A stretch of DNA of 64,000 nt from a virus (lineage: Duplodnaviria > Caudoviricetes): IMG/VR virus record IMGVR_UViG_3300012952_003952, positions 177,979 to 241,978 of that record, one strand, 5' to 3'. Made by a program: the position numbers and the translations under genes. This document shows positions 45,723 to 55,359 of the stretch, piece by piece. The number at the start of each line of letters is the position of its first letter. Positions within the stretch are counted from its first letter, which is position 1. Under the pieces are notes generated by a model. That model did not search any database, had not been told where the DNA came from, and was given only the letters and a program-made list of their open reading frames with translations.

Positions 45723-47711
45723 ATGGGAAGAAGTCGTAAAATTTTAGATTCTATTTTGTTAGAAGAGCTCCTCAAAGAAGCAGTTAGTTCCGGGCCGGCT
45801 AATATTCAGAGGATGGCCATTGGATATGCGATAGCTAGCTTAGGAAATTTTCAGTTTTCTCCTACTAGCAGCAATCCTTCTACAAGTTCTGGCATAAGAT
45901 TAAATCCCTCTGAGTCTAATAAAGATTTGGGAGCTACGGAGATAGAATCTCTTTTAAATTCCGATGCTAAAAAAATAGGCATCGACTTTGGAGACTCAAT
46001 CGGCCCTGATAAAAGTAAGGGTGAAGGATCTCTTTCGGGTAAATTTACTTCTTTTCCAGCTCTTGACGCGTCCGCATGGCTACAAACTCCTGAGGGTAAA
46101 AAGTGGATAATCAAGACGCTCGTTAATGCTAAAGGAATAGACGAACAAACTGCAGAGAAAGAAATCTCTAGTTGGAAAAAGGGAAAGGGAAAATATCTTA
46201 CAAATGTTCAAACAGTAGTAGTTAATGCTCGATCTCTCCAGAGTAGACTCTGGACCGGTCAAGGCCAGGGAGAATTAGCAGAGTACGCAGTGGCAGGTGC
46301 GATTAACGGTAACTCTGACGCGGAATTTAATAATGCTATAAAAGGTGCTATTCTCGCTCCCTCTTGGAAAAACGCTAATGGAGGCTCGGAAGATCCAGAT
46401 CCTCAAACTGATGCCGCAACAAAATTTAGAGCTAGCTTTGACAAAATGTTAGAAAAAGCTCAAGCTAATATGTCTTCAGCTTCTTCTGATCAAAATACTA
46501 CTGTTGCGGAATTATTCGGCTCTTCAGCTGCAGTGCAGGGTGGCGGTGGTGGAAGATATGACGTAGAGACAGACTCAGCTAGAATTCACGTTAAATTTGA
46601 CGAGCCCTCTAGACTTTCAGGGCTTCAACAGACAGGAATAAGTAAAAGACACGCCGTCACAGATGCTGATTCTTTGAATGCGAAGATAGCGCAATTAGAA
46701 TTTGGAAAAGCTGATGCATATTGGAAATATATGCGAGATGAATTTAAAAAGCGCGCAGGAATAACGAGCGCTAAAGATAAAGAGCCATTAATGAATCTTG
46801 GTTTTTATGAATGGTTGCTGGACGGCACAGTTACACCTAAACTCCAAGCTGGACTAGATCAAAATCCAGATTTCAAAAGTTGGATCTCAGGCCAGTCTCC
46901 TGACATAGCTTCTCACTTAAAGACTGATCTTAAGCAAGAGTTTATGGACATCCTCCCAGCTGGCGCTACTCCAGAAGGTGGAAATTATTTTTATTTTACT
47001 TTTTATCCTAAGGGCGATAATGAGTTTACTCTAAAAATAGAAGAGATTAATCCGGGAGAAGGCATAATTTCAGCAGTTCCCAATCTTCAAATCGCCATCA
47101 ACCCAAACTATAAAGGCGCAGGCGGAGGGTCTATTGGGACTCCCTATGTTGCTATAGATTCTGAAACCGGAGAAGAGTACATAGAGCTAGAGTTTAGAGC
47201 AAAAGCTTCAGCTAAACCAATCCAACTTCACAGAGGCGAGAGTTTCGGTTCTGCTTCAGACGAGAATAAAAAGTCTATGACTATAACTTTGGTAAACGAA
47301 ATTAGAAAAAGAATAAGAGAAATCATTCAAGAAGAAAAAGAAAGAGCCTCTGAGTCAAAACTATCAAGCGTAACCGAGTCTATTCTGCTAGAAGAGCTCA
47401 CAAGATCTGATAAAAAAGATATTGAAAAAATGATTAAAAAGAGAATCGAAGCTGATAGATCTGAACAGAAAAAGATAATTCAAAAAGAGCTTGCTGCTGA
47501 ACTTAAGAAAACTTTAGGAAGAGACTTCTTTGGAAATCCTGGAAAGCTTGGTAGAGCTATCCAAGAAATAGCTAATGAAGAATTAATGAAAGGCTTTTCT
47601 AGAGGTCAAGCTAGAGATGAAGTCGTAGAAATATCTAAAAAAGTTTTGAAGAAATTTTATAGAGAAATATCTTTTTCTTCCTCGCCTTTTATCGATAGAA
47701 TTAAACTATAG
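45723..47711 (+). CDS. Large hypothetical protein with LLEE/IREIIQEE motifs (possible virion protein)
   Basis: ILLEELLKEA near N-terminus; IREIIQEE and ILLEEL near C-terminus. Confidence 0.65.
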   Translation: MGRSRKILDSILLEELLKEAVSSGPANIQRMAIGYAIASLGNFQFSPTSSNPSTSSGIRLNPSESNKDLGATEIESLLNSDAKKIGIDFGDSIGPDKSKGEGSLSGKFTSFPALDASAWLQTPEGKKWIIKTLVNAKGIDEQTAEKEISSWKKGKGKYLTNVQTVVVNARSLQSRLWTGQGQGELAEYAVAGAINGNSDAEFNNAIKGAILAPSWKNANGGSEDPDPQTDAATKFRASFDKMLEKAQANMSSASSDQNTTVAELFGSSAAVQGGGGGRYDVETDSARIHVKFDEPSRLSGLQQTGISKRHAVTDADSLNAKIAQLEFGKADAYWKYMRDEFKKRAGITSAKDKEPLMNLGFYEWLLDGTVTPKLQAGLDQNPDFKSWISGQSPDIASHLKTDLKQEFMDILPAGATPEGGNYFYFTFYPKGDNEFTLKIEEINPGEGIISAVPNLQIAINPNYKGAGGGSIGTPYVAIDSETGEEYIELEFRAKASAKPIQLHRGESFGSASDENKKSMTITLVNEIRKRIREIIQEEKERASESKLSSVTESILLEELTRSDKKDIEKMIKKRIEADRSEQKKIIQKELAAELKKTLGRDFFGNPGKLGRAIQEIANEELMKGFSRGQARDEVVEISKKVLKKFYREISFSSSPFIDRIKL

Positions 47712-47752
47712 AAGCTTCGAATATATACTCTTTCTAAAGGCGAGTTTCTACA

Positions 47753-48514
47753 ATGATTCAAGAATTATCAATCCTTTTAGAGAGCTACGAAGACCGTGGA
47801 ATTAAGTCCCGAGAATATTATTTTTTAAGGGATATGGAATACAACCTTAAGAAAGAGAGAAATATCTCAGAGGGCCAGAGAAGTTGGCTAGAGCGTATCT
47901 TAGAAAGAGGCGCTCCAAAAGCTGTAGACAAAGATTCTTTAGCAAAAATAGAGTCTCTCATAGAGTTAGACAGTATTTCTTCTGCAAAAAAGAAAGTACT
48001 TTCAAATCTTCGAAGCCAAGCTTATAGTGGAAAAATTCTGAGTGAAAAACAAAAAAAGTTAATAGAACAAATTAGCTCTCAAGCAGCATCTCCTAAACGA
48101 TTTTTAAAAGATTCAAAAACTATAGAGCAAATAAGATTCATTCTGAAGCTTACGACATCTAGAAAACCTTCTTACTGGAGACTTAGACCCCAGCAGCTTC
48201 AAGCTATATCTGAATTAAACGAGTGGCTGGAGTGGAGCGATAGCGGGAGCATGTGCCAAGAGCCTCCCTTGGATGTCTATTCTTACGAAAGCTTGAAAAA
48301 AATATTTAAGAGACAACTTTCAGAATTAGAGAAATCACCGCACCCAGAAGGATCTATGAGACTGATAAAAATTTCAAGTGAATACATTCCAGCTTTAGTC
48401 ATTGGAAAACCTTATGTTTCTGATCTTGGATACGTTGTTCATCCAGTGTTAGTTAATGGTATAAACAGGGAAGTTAAGAAATTATTTATGCCCTCAGATG
48501 TTAAAACTAGCTAG
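47753..48514 (+). CDS. Hypothetical protein
   Basis: ORF with repeated S-x-x-Q helices. Confidence 0.6.
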   Translation: MIQELSILLESYEDRGIKSREYYFLRDMEYNLKKERNISEGQRSWLERILERGAPKAVDKDSLAKIESLIELDSISSAKKKVLSNLRSQAYSGKILSEKQKKLIEQISSQAASPKRFLKDSKTIEQIRFILKLTTSRKPSYWRLRPQQLQAISELNEWLEWSDSGSMCQEPPLDVYSYESLKKIFKRQLSELEKSPHPEGSMRLIKISSEYIPALVIGKPYVSDLGYVVHPVLVNGINREVKKLFMPSDVKTS

Positions 48515-48552
48515 ACGTTATACTTAATTTCCTATTTTTTCCGAGTGTTATC

Positions 48553-48819
48553 ATGTTAAAATTTAAAATTGTTGCCGCTTTAACAGCCAGCGCCATTCTT
48601 ATTTCTTCCTTTTCTTTTGCAGGAAGCTCTAATGACTATGTTTCGGGTGGATATGCATGCGAGCTTTCTCAGCAGAGAGTAAATTACGAAGTTGTAACTC
48701 GACCTGCCATTAGAGTCAATGGCTCAAATTTAGAGAAGATTTTAGAGAGAGAACAAACCGGACCATATACACTCACAGAAATTGAGAAGTACGCACAAGC
48801 TATAAACTCAGAAAGATAG
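48553..48819 (+). CDS. Exported hypothetical protein
   Basis: Signal peptide ending SFA. Confidence 0.55.
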   Translation: MLKFKIVAALTASAILISSFSFAGSSNDYVSGGYACELSQQRVNYEVVTRPAIRVNGSNLEKILEREQTGPYTLTEIEKYAQAINSER

Positions 48820-48902
48820 TTTATATTTTTAAATTTTGCTTTGCAATGAAAACTTCATAGACTTTTTATATAATAAAAGTAAATGGAGGGGCATCATGCC
48901 AA

Positions 48903-49259
48903 GTGTACTATCGAGCTAAAGAATTAGCCATCAATAATGGAAGAACATATCATATAGCAGCTATTTTAAAAAGAAATGGAAAAGTTGTTAGAATTGGTGA
49001 AAACACTAATAAAACTCACCCAAGGTTTAAAAGGCAATATGATGATGGGACTTGGGCTTCCCATATGCATGCAGAGATGAATGTCCTTCGATTCGCTAAG
49101 CCTGGCGACGAAGTTGAAGTTATGCGATTCTCAAAGTGTGGTCATCACGTGACAATGGCGAAGCCATGTCCTCTGTGCGAAGCAGAGTTACGTAGGTCTG
49201 GGATTAAGAAAGTAAGATATACAAATTGGGATGGAGCTTGGGAGGAGATGAGATTGTGA
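48903..49259 (+). CDS. Second cytidine/deoxycytidylate deaminase-fold protein
   Basis: HIAAIL, HMHAEMNVL, AKPCPLC; GTG start. Confidence 0.8.
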   Translation: MYYRAKELAINNGRTYHIAAILKRNGKVVRIGENTNKTHPRFKRQYDDGTWASHMHAEMNVLRFAKPGDEVEVMRFSKCGHHVTMAKPCPLCEAELRRSGIKKVRYTNWDGAWEEMRL

Positions 49260-49481
49260 GTGTTAAAAAAGGAGACTTAGTTCTTTTTAAAGATTCTAGA
49301 ATTTATGATTTCCTTGACTTAAATGAGGGAACTCCATTAATAGTAATCCGCGGACCCTATGAGGGAAGAAACACTTTTGAAAAAGGTTCTTTAACGTCTC
49401 TTTCGGTGGTGGTAGATTTAATGGCAGGCACTAGAATTGTAGAAAAAATAAAAGTACTAGACTTAGAGAGGGTTCGCTAAA

Positions 49482-50315
49482 ATGTCAAAAGATCCATTTA
49501 AAATACTCGGAATAAACAGAGGAGCTTCAGAAAAAGAAATTAAATCTGCTTATAGAAAGCTCGCGCTAAAGTACCACCCAGATAAAAATCCAGACGACCC
49601 AGCAGCTGCAAAAAAATTTAGTGAAATAACGCAGGCTTACGAGTTAGCTATGAACCCATCCAAACAGCAAGGGCACCAAAATCCATTTGAGGGTTTTGGT
49701 TTTGACATTAACGACCCCTTTGGTGCTTTTTTTGATAGTGCTTTTTTTGGATCTCACAGGTTTAGTGACATCCCTTTAGACACTGAAGTGAATTTAAAAA
49801 TTAGCTTTATGGACTCTGTGAAGGGCGCTAAACGAGTTATAAGGTACGATAGATATGTTATAGCTAATGAGGGGTATCAAGTAGAAGCTACTGAAATACA
49901 AGTTACTATTCCTCCAGGAATTAAGAGAGGTCAAACTCTAAGAGTTACAAGTGGAGGAAACGTTTCTAGAAGGGGTACAGGCGATTTATATGTCAATGTT
50001 TTCTGCCCTTCCGAAAATGGAGAATTTGTAAGGCGTGGCAGAGATATACTCTCGAAGATAGAAATAGACTATTTAGACGCAATGCTTGGTGCGCCAATAG
50101 AAATAAACACTATTCACGGTAAAAAAACAGTTGATGTTCCACCTTTTTGCAACGCGAATATTCCTTTAGTTTTAAAAAACCAGGGAATCCATGTTGGGGG
50201 ATATCGTGGAAATCATTTTGCCGAGTTCGTTATAACGATACCTCAAAATGTTAGTCCAGAAGAATTACAGTTGTTAAGAAACGCTAGAAAAATTAGGAAA
50301 ACAAAAAATGGTTAA
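49482..50315 (+). CDS. dnaJ: DnaJ (class II, no zinc finger)
   Basis: DPFKILG, IKSAYRKLALKYHPDKN, G/F-rich linker, IPPG, GDLYV, RRGRDI, TIHG. Confidence 0.92.
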   Translation: MSKDPFKILGINRGASEKEIKSAYRKLALKYHPDKNPDDPAAAKKFSEITQAYELAMNPSKQQGHQNPFEGFGFDINDPFGAFFDSAFFGSHRFSDIPLDTEVNLKISFMDSVKGAKRVIRYDRYVIANEGYQVEATEIQVTIPPGIKRGQTLRVTSGGNVSRRGTGDLYVNVFCPSENGEFVRRGRDILSKIEIDYLDAMLGAPIEINTIHGKKTVDVPPFCNANIPLVLKNQGIHVGGYRGNHFAEFVITIPQNVSPEELQLLRNARKIRKTKNG

Positions 50316-50661
50316 AGAGCTGATTTTTTCTTTCTTACTTTTTACTTGTTTGCACGCGTGTATCTGGTTCTCTACAAATACTCAGTTTATGGGAGAAGAA
50401 TTAAAAAACAAAAGTCTACAAATAGCTTTAGCGCTTTCAATCCCGATCAGCATGCTGGGATATTTTGCGGCTAAATATTCCTATGAAGCTTTAGGAGAAT
50501 CTCTTTGGGCAATTAGATTTATAGGCTTCGGAACGTCTTATTTGATATTTCCGATATTCACTTGGATATTTGTTGGAGAGTCTATGTTTACCCTCAAGAC
50601 AATGATATGTGTTCTTCTCTCTTTTGTAATTGTAAGTATTCAGGTATTCTGGCCATCTTAA
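50308..50661 (+). CDS. Four-helix membrane protein (DMT/SMR-like)
   Basis: Four hydrophobic segments. Confidence 0.55.
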   Translation: MVKELIFSFLLFTCLHACIWFSTNTQFMGEELKNKSLQIALALSIPISMLGYFAAKYSYEALGESLWAIRFIGFGTSYLIFPIFTWIFVGESMFTLKTMICVLLSFVIVSIQVFWPS

Positions 50662-50700
50662 TGTGATAATTAGTGTATACTATTCTTTTGAGAAGCTGAG

Positions 50701-51129
50701 ATGCCTAGTAAAAAACTCCCAAATCCAGACTTGACTTACGATCGAGGAAATAAGAAAAACCTTATTTTAGACAAACCCTCGAAGTCTCGTGGCTACATGA
50801 GCGGCAAAGATACTACCTGGACAGGAGAAGATGCAAATGACGCTATACACAACTATTTATCTTCTATGGGTATGGTAGAATCTCTAAGAGAGTTTATAAA
50901 AGAGGTGATGCAAAGCCACACTAACGAACCATTCGTGGGAGACAGAATAATAAATGTTAATCCCGAGTGCAAGCATTATCTCAGTAAGGGAATAGTTACT
51001 AAAGTAGACGCGTTGCCTGGAGACCAGGGAACAACTGCGACTTACATAGTTTTAAATGTCGGGCCGACCTATGCGGAAGGAGATATTTTAACTAAAACCT
51101 TAGATCAACTAGAATTAGATCTTAAATAA
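50701..51129 (+). CDS. Hypothetical protein
   Basis: ORF; internal VESLREFIKEVM motif. Confidence 0.6.
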   Translation: MPSKKLPNPDLTYDRGNKKNLILDKPSKSRGYMSGKDTTWTGEDANDAIHNYLSSMGMVESLREFIKEVMQSHTNEPFVGDRIINVNPECKHYLSKGIVTKVDALPGDQGTTATYIVLNVGPTYAEGDILTKTLDQLELDLK

Positions 51130-51143
51130 ATTAAAGGACTGTT

Positions 51144-51572
51144 ATGTTAGAAATTTTAAAATCGTGCTGGGGACTAATCGCTGGATTAGGAGAGGCTCTA
51201 TTAGATATTGTTTTAGTCGTGGGAGTTTGGGGATATGAAATTCTCCATCACTTGCATGTTAATGCTCCTCGCTTAGAAGGACTTTTAATAGGCGTTGCTC
51301 TTGCTTGGGTGCTCTTAAGAAGAGATAACCACCCCCTACTAAGAGTAATTAGCGCTCCCTTAAAGTTGGTTGTGGATATTTTAGATCTCGCATGGGACCA
51401 AGTCGTAGAAATATTCCAAGATCTCTGGGGAACTGTTACTGGCTGGGTCAATGGAGTCGTAGGATGGGTTAAAGGAAAAGTCATTAGTGGTTATAATTGG
51501 CTTATAAAATCATTGAAATCAGTTAAAGCCAGAATAGATAGCTGGGACAAAAAAGAAGAGGATAAAAAATGA
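51144..51572 (+). CDS. Membrane-associated hypothetical protein
   Basis: Trp-rich amphipathic helices. Confidence 0.6.
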   Translation: MLEILKSCWGLIAGLGEALLDIVLVVGVWGYEILHHLHVNAPRLEGLLIGVALAWVLLRRDNHPLLRVISAPLKLVVDILDLAWDQVVEIFQDLWGTVTGWVNGVVGWVKGKVISGYNWLIKSLKSVKARIDSWDKKEEDKK

Positions 51573-51631
51573 AAAACGAAAAATGCAAATGCTGTGAATG
51601 TTGTGCTTGCGAATGTGAAAACTGCTGCTAG
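51569..51631 (+). CDS. 20-aa Cys-rich metallothionein-like peptide MKNEKCKCCECCACECENCC
   Basis: ATGA overlap with upstream stop, GAGGA RBS, TAG at 51629-51631; 9 Cys. Confidence 0.6.
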   Translation: MKNEKCKCCECCACECENCC

Positions 51632-51639
51632 GTGACAAA

Positions 51640-51912
51640 ATGAAAATTACTAAAAGACAACTTAAGAGAATCATCAAAGAAGCAATCGACCCAGAGTATA
51701 TGAGGGAAGAGATCATGTCTTTCGCTGAAGAAACAGACGCCGAAGGATTAAGTGTTCTATTAGACATCATCGGTGGGCCTCCTCTAGCTAGTGGTAAAGA
51801 GGCAAACTTAGATGCTGCATTCGATATCATTGACAAGCACGTCACAGGATCTTATCCAGAAGACTTAGCATACATTCATCAAGAATTAACAAACGCGGGA
51901 TATTTCGGATGA
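51640..51912 (+). CDS. MKITKRQL-leader protein 1
   Basis: MKITKRQLKRIIKEA. Confidence 0.75.
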   Translation: MKITKRQLKRIIKEAIDPEYMREEIMSFAEETDAEGLSVLLDIIGGPPLASGKEANLDAAFDIIDKHVTGSYPEDLAYIHQELTNAGYFG

Positions 51913-52136
51913 AAATCACAAAAAGACAACTTAAGCAAATAATCCAAGAAGAAGTATATGGAGATCACCCTAGTTCTTACCGGCCTGGTGATTCACCGTT
52001 GACAGATCTTGCTGCTGGAATCGAAGACGCTATGCAAAACGCAGTCGGCAAGATAGACTTAGATTATAGTGATGATCCTCTAACTTATAAAGACATCCTT
52101 GATTTTGTCGTAAGAATGCTGCACGAGCAAAGATAG
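51909..52136 (+). CDS. MKITKRQL-leader protein 2
   Basis: MKITKRQLKQIIQEE. Confidence 0.75.
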   Translation: MKITKRQLKQIIQEEVYGDHPSSYRPGDSPLTDLAAGIEDAMQNAVGKIDLDYSDDPLTYKDILDFVVRMLHEQR

Positions 52137-52146
52137 ATATCAGAAA

Positions 52147-52554
52147 ATGAAAATCACCAAAAAACAACTAAGAACAATCATCAAAGAAGCAGCTGATTCT
52201 TATGACGCTGAAGCTGATGAGTGGTATGAATATAGGCATCAAGAAGACCAGATGGAAGCTGAAGACTATATGATGGACTCTTTGTATGATATAGTAGAAA
52301 AGAATCCTGGTTTATCTGGAGATGATCTGATTAAATCTGCAATGCAAGATGGAATATTTGGCGGAAAGACAAAAGAAGAAATCTTTGATATTGCCGATCA
52401 GATGGTCGATATGTCAACCCTTAAATTCGATTTAGAAGAAGACCAGTGGTGGATAGATCGTTCAGAAGATCTTTATAGCCCTTCCCACCAAGCTGATCTA
52501 GATCATGCCAATCAAGCTTATATTGATAAACATGGAGACCCTTATGAAGATTAG
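52147..52554 (+). CDS. MKITKRQL-leader protein 3
   Basis: MKITKKQLRTIIKEA. Confidence 0.75.
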   Translation: MKITKKQLRTIIKEAADSYDAEADEWYEYRHQEDQMEAEDYMMDSLYDIVEKNPGLSGDDLIKSAMQDGIFGGKTKEEIFDIADQMVDMSTLKFDLEEDQWWIDRSEDLYSPSHQADLDHANQAYIDKHGDPYED

Positions 52555-53083
52555 CAAGAGACAACTTAGAAATATCATCAAAGAAGCCATTGACGTTATC
52601 AACGCATCAACTGGTGAGATAAAGATCTTTGCTGATGAAGGTGATCCAGCATTGGGTGACTTTAAACCTGACGCTCCAGAGTTGGCGGCAAGAGATGTCA
52701 TAAAAAGATTAGGGTTAACTCCCCTTGAAAATATGGACGATAGTGACCGCGAGCCTGGTGTTGAGGAAATATATCTCGGTGCTGAAGACTGGGCCGAGAT
52801 GGACTATGAAATTGGTGGCAAGAGACATAAGCGTAAAGCAAAGAAAGAACTTGCCCGCCTGAACATTGATAATCTTATGACTCGCTTAGAAGACTGGGCC
52901 GTCAATGCTGGTGAAGAGTATGTCGCAGATAATCCAGGTACGGACTTGCAAGACATCGCTTGGGATTTAGCGCAAGGCGCAGAATTCTCTTTCGAGCCCG
53001 ATGAGTGGAATGCACTCTTGTATACTGGTCCTTTTGAGGGCGAAGATGATCTTCATACATACGTCGCAGATTTAATTGCATAG
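52544..53083 (+). CDS. MKITKRQL-leader protein 4
   Basis: MKISKRQLRNIIKEA; GGAG RBS before ATG 52544. Confidence 0.75.
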   Translation: MKISKRQLRNIIKEAIDVINASTGEIKIFADEGDPALGDFKPDAPELAARDVIKRLGLTPLENMDDSDREPGVEEIYLGAEDWAEMDYEIGGKRHKRKAKKELARLNIDNLMTRLEDWAVNAGEEYVADNPGTDLQDIAWDLAQGAEFSFEPDEWNALLYTGPFEGEDDLHTYVADLIA

Positions 53084-53091
53084 GAAACAAA

Positions 53092-53379
53092 ATGAAAATC
53101 ACAAAACGACAACTAAGAAGAATCATCAAAGAAGAGAAACAAAAACTCCTCAAAGAGTATTCCGATTATCCATCATGGCAAGACCTGTCTGACCAGATAG
53201 ACGATATTTCAGAAATGTTAGACATGGCCGCAGACAAGTATGTTACGAGTGCATGGTTGTTTAGCGGTGAAAATGAAGGTAACGCCATCGCTGATGGAGT
53301 AGCTGAAAAATTAGAACAACTCTATAGAGACGCCGAGGCATTGGGCGGGCTAATCAGGGGAAGCGGAGCATTAAGATGA
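53092..53379 (+). CDS. MKITKRQL-leader protein 5
   Basis: MKITKRQLRRIIKEE. Confidence 0.75.
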   Translation: MKITKRQLRRIIKEEKQKLLKEYSDYPSWQDLSDQIDDISEMLDMAADKYVTSAWLFSGENEGNAIADGVAEKLEQLYRDAEALGGLIRGSGALR

Positions 53380-53996
53380 AAATAACCAAGAAACAACTTG
53401 TAGAGATAATCCAAGAACAGATCGAACGTGTGGCCAAAGACGACATTGAAGATGCTGTGATGGATGTTCTTAGCGATGAAGGCGGAGCTGCCGGCATAGA
53501 GCCAATCGAAGACGCTCTTGAAGATCTTGAAGATGATGATGTAAGCTTACCTGAAGATCCAATTGAAGATGTCATAAGCAGCGTTACAGGTGTTAAGAGA
53601 CACGCTGACGGCGACTATGTAGATACTACAAAACTAGAAGGTAGAAAAATGAAAGTCACAAAGAGGCAGTTACGACAGATTATTAAAGAAGAAGTTTTAA
53701 AAGAATCGCTAGCTCAAAATGTTAGAGATTTGCTAGATCAAGATTACGAAATTGCAAATACAGATACTAAATATCCTTACGGTCGTAATAGAGGCGATGT
53801 TAGAAGTACAACGGTTTATTCTAGAAAAGACGGTCAACCTGTACCGCCAGAAGATTTAAAGCTGCTTCAGGATCGTGATCAAGATATATTAGACCGTGGC
53901 GGCCCAATGGCGGCGCTGGGAGGAATATACACCTCAACGCTTTCCCCAGATGGTAATTCATTAATAGTTAAATACTATAAGCATACTGCAGGCTAA
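53376..53996 (+). CDS. MKITKRQL-leader protein 6 (two leader copies)
   Basis: MKITKKQLVEIIQEQ and internal MKVTKRQLRQIIKEE at 53649. Confidence 0.75.
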   Translation: MKITKKQLVEIIQEQIERVAKDDIEDAVMDVLSDEGGAAGIEPIEDALEDLEDDDVSLPEDPIEDVISSVTGVKRHADGDYVDTTKLEGRKMKVTKRQLRQIIKEEVLKESLAQNVRDLLDQDYEIANTDTKYPYGRNRGDVRSTTVYSRKDGQPVPPEDLKLLQDRDQDILDRGGPMAALGGIYTSTLSPDGNSLIVKYYKHTAG

Positions 53997-53997
53997 A

Positions 53998-54300
53998 ATG
54001 AAAATCACTAAAAGACAACTTAGAAGAATTATTAACGAAGCTTGGGCTGATACAGGTGTAGATCTAGTCCAGTTTATAATCGACAACATTCAAGCAGAGT
54101 CAAACCCAACCGGCGCAGTCGATTGGGATACTGATGAACTCTATGAATTTTTAGAAAAACAGGGTTGGACAGAAGAAGAAATAGATTTCGCAGTAGAAGA
54201 CCCTCGCGTAGGTAAATACTTTGACAGGCTTGAAGGCCTTTACTCAGCTAAACAAGGGACGCTTGATGACTATAATCAGCACCCAGAATGGTTTAATTAA
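53998..54300 (+). CDS. MKITKRQL-leader protein 7
   Basis: MKITKRQLRRIINEA. Confidence 0.75.
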   Translation: MKITKRQLRRIINEAWADTGVDLVQFIIDNIQAESNPTGAVDWDTDELYEFLEKQGWTEEEIDFAVEDPRVGKYFDRLEGLYSAKQGTLDDYNQHPEWFN

Positions 54301-54302
54301 AA

Positions 54303-54542
54303 ATGAAAATTACAAAGAGACAACTAAGAAGAATTATCAAAGAGTATAAAGAAATGCTCAGCCCCGGCCACATAGACGGCCAGCCGTGGAGCGGTACCTT
54401 AGAAGATCTCGCCGTAGTCCAAAGTAAGACTTGGGGCCATGGAGAAGTCGTAGACAAGAAAGGCTACCGAGATATAGTCGGTCACGCTAGAGACTTAACG
54501 GCTGGAAAAGCTAAAAGCCCAGTAAAAAAATACGGAAAGTGA
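54303..54542 (+). CDS. MKITKRQL-leader protein 8
   Basis: MKITKRQLRRIIKEY. Confidence 0.75.
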   Translation: MKITKRQLRRIIKEYKEMLSPGHIDGQPWSGTLEDLAVVQSKTWGHGEVVDKKGYRDIVGHARDLTAGKAKSPVKKYGK

Positions 54543-54543
54543 T

Positions 54544-55359
54544 ATGCCAGAGAGCACTTATGAAAAATTTAAAGTGCTTGGATATGTACGGCCAGCTGAA
54601 GTGTTCCACACTCTTGACGAATGGGAACAAGTAGTTCTGGAGTTGATAGAACTCCAATCGGGCGGTTTAGATACTCGAGCTGGAGAAATTAGCTGTAAAC
54701 ATGCTTCTTTTTGTTCTACAGAAGATTTTGATAGGTTTGTAGAAATCATAAACACTTATTTTGGATATCAACTAAATATAGAAACTGAAAGATACGACCT
54801 CTTGACAAAAAAGAACGTCTTAGATTTTGTCGAAGATTTTGTGAATCATAGATTTTGGGGATTTGAACAAGAGTTTTCTTCTTATTTCCCCAATATAGGA
54901 CAGTTGAAGTTCGCTTACTTCTATTCGCGTGGAGATATGGAACCATATGTTATGCTTGACGAAGCATACACGACTCAAATCTATGGCCCTGAAACTATAG
55001 TCAGACCCGTTTGTCATTTTACTAGTCCTAAAGGTTTAGAAAGACTTAATTTTGCCATAGAGAATGGAGAAGCTTTTGACATTTCTACTTACACTACAGC
55101 AGAGCGTCCATTCTTCAGAAAAGAATCTACCCTTACGATAGAGTTGTTAGGCCATGTAAGAGCAGCTTTCAGAAGCGATATTAAATCTTTAGCTCTCGAC
55201 AATGGCCGCAGAGCTTGCAATATGTACAGGCTCCAATACCCTGGAAGAAACGTCAGTAACATTTGTTATGATTTGACGACATGCGACGATGAAGAAGTAA
55301 TTACAAACCTCTGGAACGAATATATTGCTACGCCTATTAGAATTATTGGCGTATCATAA
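54544..55359 (+). CDS. Hypothetical protein
   Basis: 271-aa ORF directly after the array. Confidence 0.65.
   Translation: MPESTYEKFKVLGYVRPAEVFHTLDEWEQVVLELIELQSGGLDTRAGEISCKHASFCSTEDFDRFVEIINTYFGYQLNIETERYDLLTKKNVLDFVEDFVNHRFWGFEQEFSSYFPNIGQLKFAYFYSRGDMEPYVMLDEAYTTQIYGPETIVRPVCHFTSPKGLERLNFAIENGEAFDISTYTTAERPFFRKESTLTIELLGHVRAAFRSDIKSLALDNGRRACNMYRLQYPGRNVSNICYDLTTCDDEEVITNLWNEYIATPIRIIGVS

Noticed and set aside
45723-47711. Embedded PD-(D/E)XK-like domain (YDVETDSARIHVK)
   Set aside because: Single weak motif with His in place of the acidic residue; left as hypothetical.
51640-54542. CRISPR array or DNA-level repeat array
   Set aside because: Repeats are degenerate at synonymous positions, in frame at gene starts, and separated by 200-600 bp of coding sequence. 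No CRISPR array or cas gene was seen in the window.
54544-55359. ADP-ribosyltransferase (HFTS and ISTY motifs)
   Set aside because: Only two short motifs and no clear catalytic Glu; not enough without a structure search.
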